This document shows positions 60,815-64,000 of a stretch of DNA of 64,000 nucleotides, in pieces (the stretch's first letter is position 1; each line of letters starts with the position of its first letter). Origin of the DNA: Mobula hypostoma (Eukaryota); NCBI RefSeq assembly GCF_963921235.1, contig NC_086118.1:22196001-22260000 (forward strand). Direction: 5' to 3'. The notes beneath the pieces were generated by a model. It saw only the letters and a list, made by a program, of their open reading frames with translations, made no database searches and was not told where the DNA came from. A program made the translations under genes and the position numbers.

Positions 60815-63800
60815 CCATAAGACCATAAGATATAGGAGAAGAATTAGGCCATTAGCCCTTTGAGTCTGCTCTGCCATTTCATCGTTTTCCTCTCAGCCAC
60901 AGTCTCCTGCCTTCTCTCCAAATCTCTTCATGCCCTGACCAATCAAGAATTTATCAGCCTCTGCCTTAAATATAAATAAAGACTTGACCTCCACAGTTGC
61001 CTGTGGCAAAATATTCCACAGATTCACCACTCTCTGGGTAAAGAAATTCCTCCTCATCTCCATTCTAAAAGGACACCCCTCTATTCTGGGGCTGGGTCCT
61101 CTGGTCTTAACTCTCCCACCATAGGAAATATCCTCTCTGCTTCCACTCTATCAAAGCCTTTCATCATTCGATAGGTTTCAATAAGGTCACACCTCTTCAT
61201 TCGAAATAATAGACAGGCCCAGAGCCATCAAATGCTCTTCATATGACAAGACATTCAATACTGGAATCATTTTCATGAACCTCCTTTGAACCCTCTCCAG
61301 TTTCAGCACATCCTTTTGAAGATAAGGGGCTCACAATACTCCAAGTGAGGCCTCACCAGCGCTTTATAAAGTCTCAACATTACATCCTTGCTTTCATATT
61401 TTTTTAGATTATGAGAACACTCAGTCCTCTTTTACTGTCATTTAGAAATGCATACATGTATTAAGAAATGATACAATGTTTCTCCGGAGTGACATCACAG
61501 AAAACAGGACAAACCAAAGACTAATACTGACAGAACCACATAATTATAACATATAGTTACAGTAGTGCAAAGCAATACCATAATTTGATGAAGAACAAAC
61601 CATGGGCACGGTAAAAAAAAGTCTCAAAGTCCCCAAGTCGATCGTCTCCCGAGTCCCCGATAGCGGGCGGCAAAAGGGAGAAACTCCCTGTCATAAACCT
61701 CCAGGCACCGTCAACTTGCCAATGCCTTGGAAGCAGCTGACCACAGCAGACATTGAGTCTGTCTGTCCGAAATCTTCGAGCCTCCAACCAGCCCCTTCGA
61801 TACAGCCTCCTGAGCGCCATCCTCTGCCGAGCACCTTCGACCTAGCCCTGACTGCTGAAACAAACAAAGCCGAGGATTTGGGGCCTTCTGCTCCGGAGAT
61901 TCCGGTTACCACACAGTAGCAGCGACAGCGAAGCGGGCATTTCAGAAGTTTTCCAGATGTTCCTCTGTACTCTCACGTTCGTCTCCATCAAATCAGAATT
62001 GTGCACGGTTCCCTACTTGACAGATTACAGATATCATTCACCGGAGAGGCTGCGCGTGCTGCTGTCGCGTCGCCATCTTCTCCTCCTCCTTGACTTCTTG
62101 AAATGAATGCTAACATTGGATTTGCTTTCCTCACCACAGACTCAACCTTCAAGTTAACCTTTAGGGAACACTGCACAAGAACTCTCAAGTCCCTTTGCAC
62201 CTCAGTTTTTTTGTATATTCTCACCATATAGAAAATAGTCAACCATTTCATTTCTTCTAACAAAGTGCATGGCCATACACTTCCCAACACTGTATTCCAT
62301 TTGCCATTTCTTTGCCCACTCTCCTAATTGGTCTAAGTTCTTCTGTGGCCTCTCTACTTCCTCAAAACTACCTGCCCCTCCACCTATCTTCATATCGTCT
62401 GCAAACTTTGCAACAAAGCCATCAATTCCATCATTCAAACCATTGACATATAATGTAAAACGCATCGGTCACAATACAGATTCCTGTGGAACACTACCAG
62501 TTATTGGCAGTGAAACAGAAAAGGCTCCTTTTATACCCACTCTTTGCCTCCTGTCAATCACCCGCTGCTTCATTACGTCTTTCCTGTAATACTATAGGCT
62601 CTTGGCTTTTTAAGCAACTTCATGCGTGTCACCTTGTCAAAGGCCTTCTGAAAATCCAAGTACACAACATCACCTAATTCTCCTTTGTCTACCCTACTTA
62701 TTATTTCTTTAAAGAATTCCAACAGGCAAGATTTTCCCTTGAGTAAACCATGTTGACTATGTCTTATTTTATCATGTGCCTCCAAGTACCCGGAGACCAC
62801 ATTCTGAATAATTGACTCCAACAGCTGAGGGCAGACTAACTAGCCTACAGTTTACTTTTTTCTGCCTCTCCTCCTTCTTGAAGAGAAGAGTGACATTTGC
62901 AATTTTCCGGTCTTCTGAAACTATTCGAGAACATAGTGATTCTTGAAAGATCATTACTAATGCCTCCATGATCTCCTCAGCCACCTGTTTCAGAATCCTG
63001 GGGTGTATACACCACCTCGTCCAGCTGATTTATCTACCTTCAGACCCTTCAGTTTCCCAAAACCTTCTCTCTAGTAATGGTAACTTCACACACTTCATGG
63101 CCCCTGACACCCGGAACTTTCATCATACTGCTAGTGCCTTACACAGTGAAAAGTGATGCAAAATGCTTATTTAGTTTGTCTGCCAGGTCGCTGTCCCCCA
63201 TTGCTATCTCTCCAGCATTGTTTTCCAGTGGTCCAATATCCACTCTCACCTCTGATTTACTCTTTATATATCTAAAGAAACTTCAGATGTCTTCTTCAAT
63301 ATTATTGGCTAGCTTACTTTCATATTCCAACTTTACCTTCTTAATGACTTTTTTTGTTACCTTCTGTTGGTTTTTAAAAGCTTCCCAATCCTCTAACTTC
63401 CCACTCATCTTTGCTCTGTTATATGCTCTCTCTTTGGCTTTTATGTCAGCTTTGACTTCCCTGGATGAACATAGTGTGTCATCGTTCCTTTAGAATAATT
63501 CTTCCTCTTTGGGAAATGTATATCTGAGCCTTCCAAACTGCATCCAGAAATTTCAGCCATTGTTGCTCTGCCATCATCCCTGCCAGTGTTCTTTTCCAAT
63601 CAATTCTGGCAAACTCCTCTGTCACGCTTCTGTAATTCCCCTTACTCCACTGTATACTGATACATCTGACTTTAGCTTCTCCTTCTAAAATTTCAAGGTG
63701 AATTCAATCATATTATGATCACTTTTCCCTCAGGGTTCTTACCTTAAATTCTTTAATTAATTCTGGTTCATTGCGCAACACCCAATCAAGAATAACTGAT

Positions 63801-64000
63801 CCTCTAGTGGGCTCAGACATGAGTTGCTATAAAAAGCCATCTCATAGGCTCTCTTGAAGTTCCCCCTCCTGGAATCCAGCACCAACCTGATTTTCCCAAT
63901 CTACCTGCAAATTGATGCCCCCTATGAATATTGTCCTCTTGGCCTTTCTATTTTCCATTGTAATTTGTAGACCACATCCTTCTTACCATTTGGAGGTATG
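60815..64000 (-). mobile_element. Long degraded CR1 LINE ORF2 running off the window end, interrupted at 61400-62090
   Basis: (CTTATGGT)n tail at ~60815-60830; RT motifs QHG..KGKSCL, DVVYLDFQKAFDKV, AKFADD.KIGG, LGEWAKKWQMEY. Confidence 0.9.
61400..62090 (-). mobile_element. Full-length copy of the AAGATGGC-headed non-coding retroposon nested in CR1
   Basis: Aligns end to end with 22817-23500; head GGAGAAGATGGCGACGCGAC, tail ...ctcataatctaaaaaaa. Confidence 0.85.

Noticed and set aside
1-64000. CRISPR arrays, rRNA genes, operons or other prokaryotic systems
   Set aside because: No regularly spaced repeat-spacer array, rRNA motif or gene-dense organisation; the content is vertebrate repeat-rich DNA.

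Overview
Eukaryotic, AT-rich, repeat-dense vertebrate DNA. The repeat set (HER1-type CR1 LINEs, Rex1/Babar LINEs, V-SINE and Deu-SINE relics, Neptune-type Penelope elements) points to a cartilaginous fish, probably a ray; this is an inference. I found no convincing host protein-coding exon, so the window looks intronic or intergenic, and nearly all listed ORFs are transposon remnants or antisense shadows. Main results: (1) a ~600 bp non-coding, TSD-flanked, RTE-related element (33681-34279) whose 5' part fits an HDV-like ribozyme fold, with a 15-nt core identical to the HDV genomic ribozyme and the predicted cleavage G at the first base of the insertion. (2) A family of Penelope pseudo-LTRs (pLTRs) carrying minimal type-I hammerhead ribozymes; they insert as inverted pairs with 10-14 bp TSDs, use two discrete 3' ends, and often break at hammerhead stem I. 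(3) A tandem, internally deleted endogenous retrovirus (42244-47067) with a shared middle LTR and two Gag zinc knuckles, plus a solo LTR and an inverted gag/protease fragment of the same family. (4) Academ-, Tc1- and Sleeping-Beauty-like DNA transposon relics. Boundaries of old repeats are approximate because they were read by eye.
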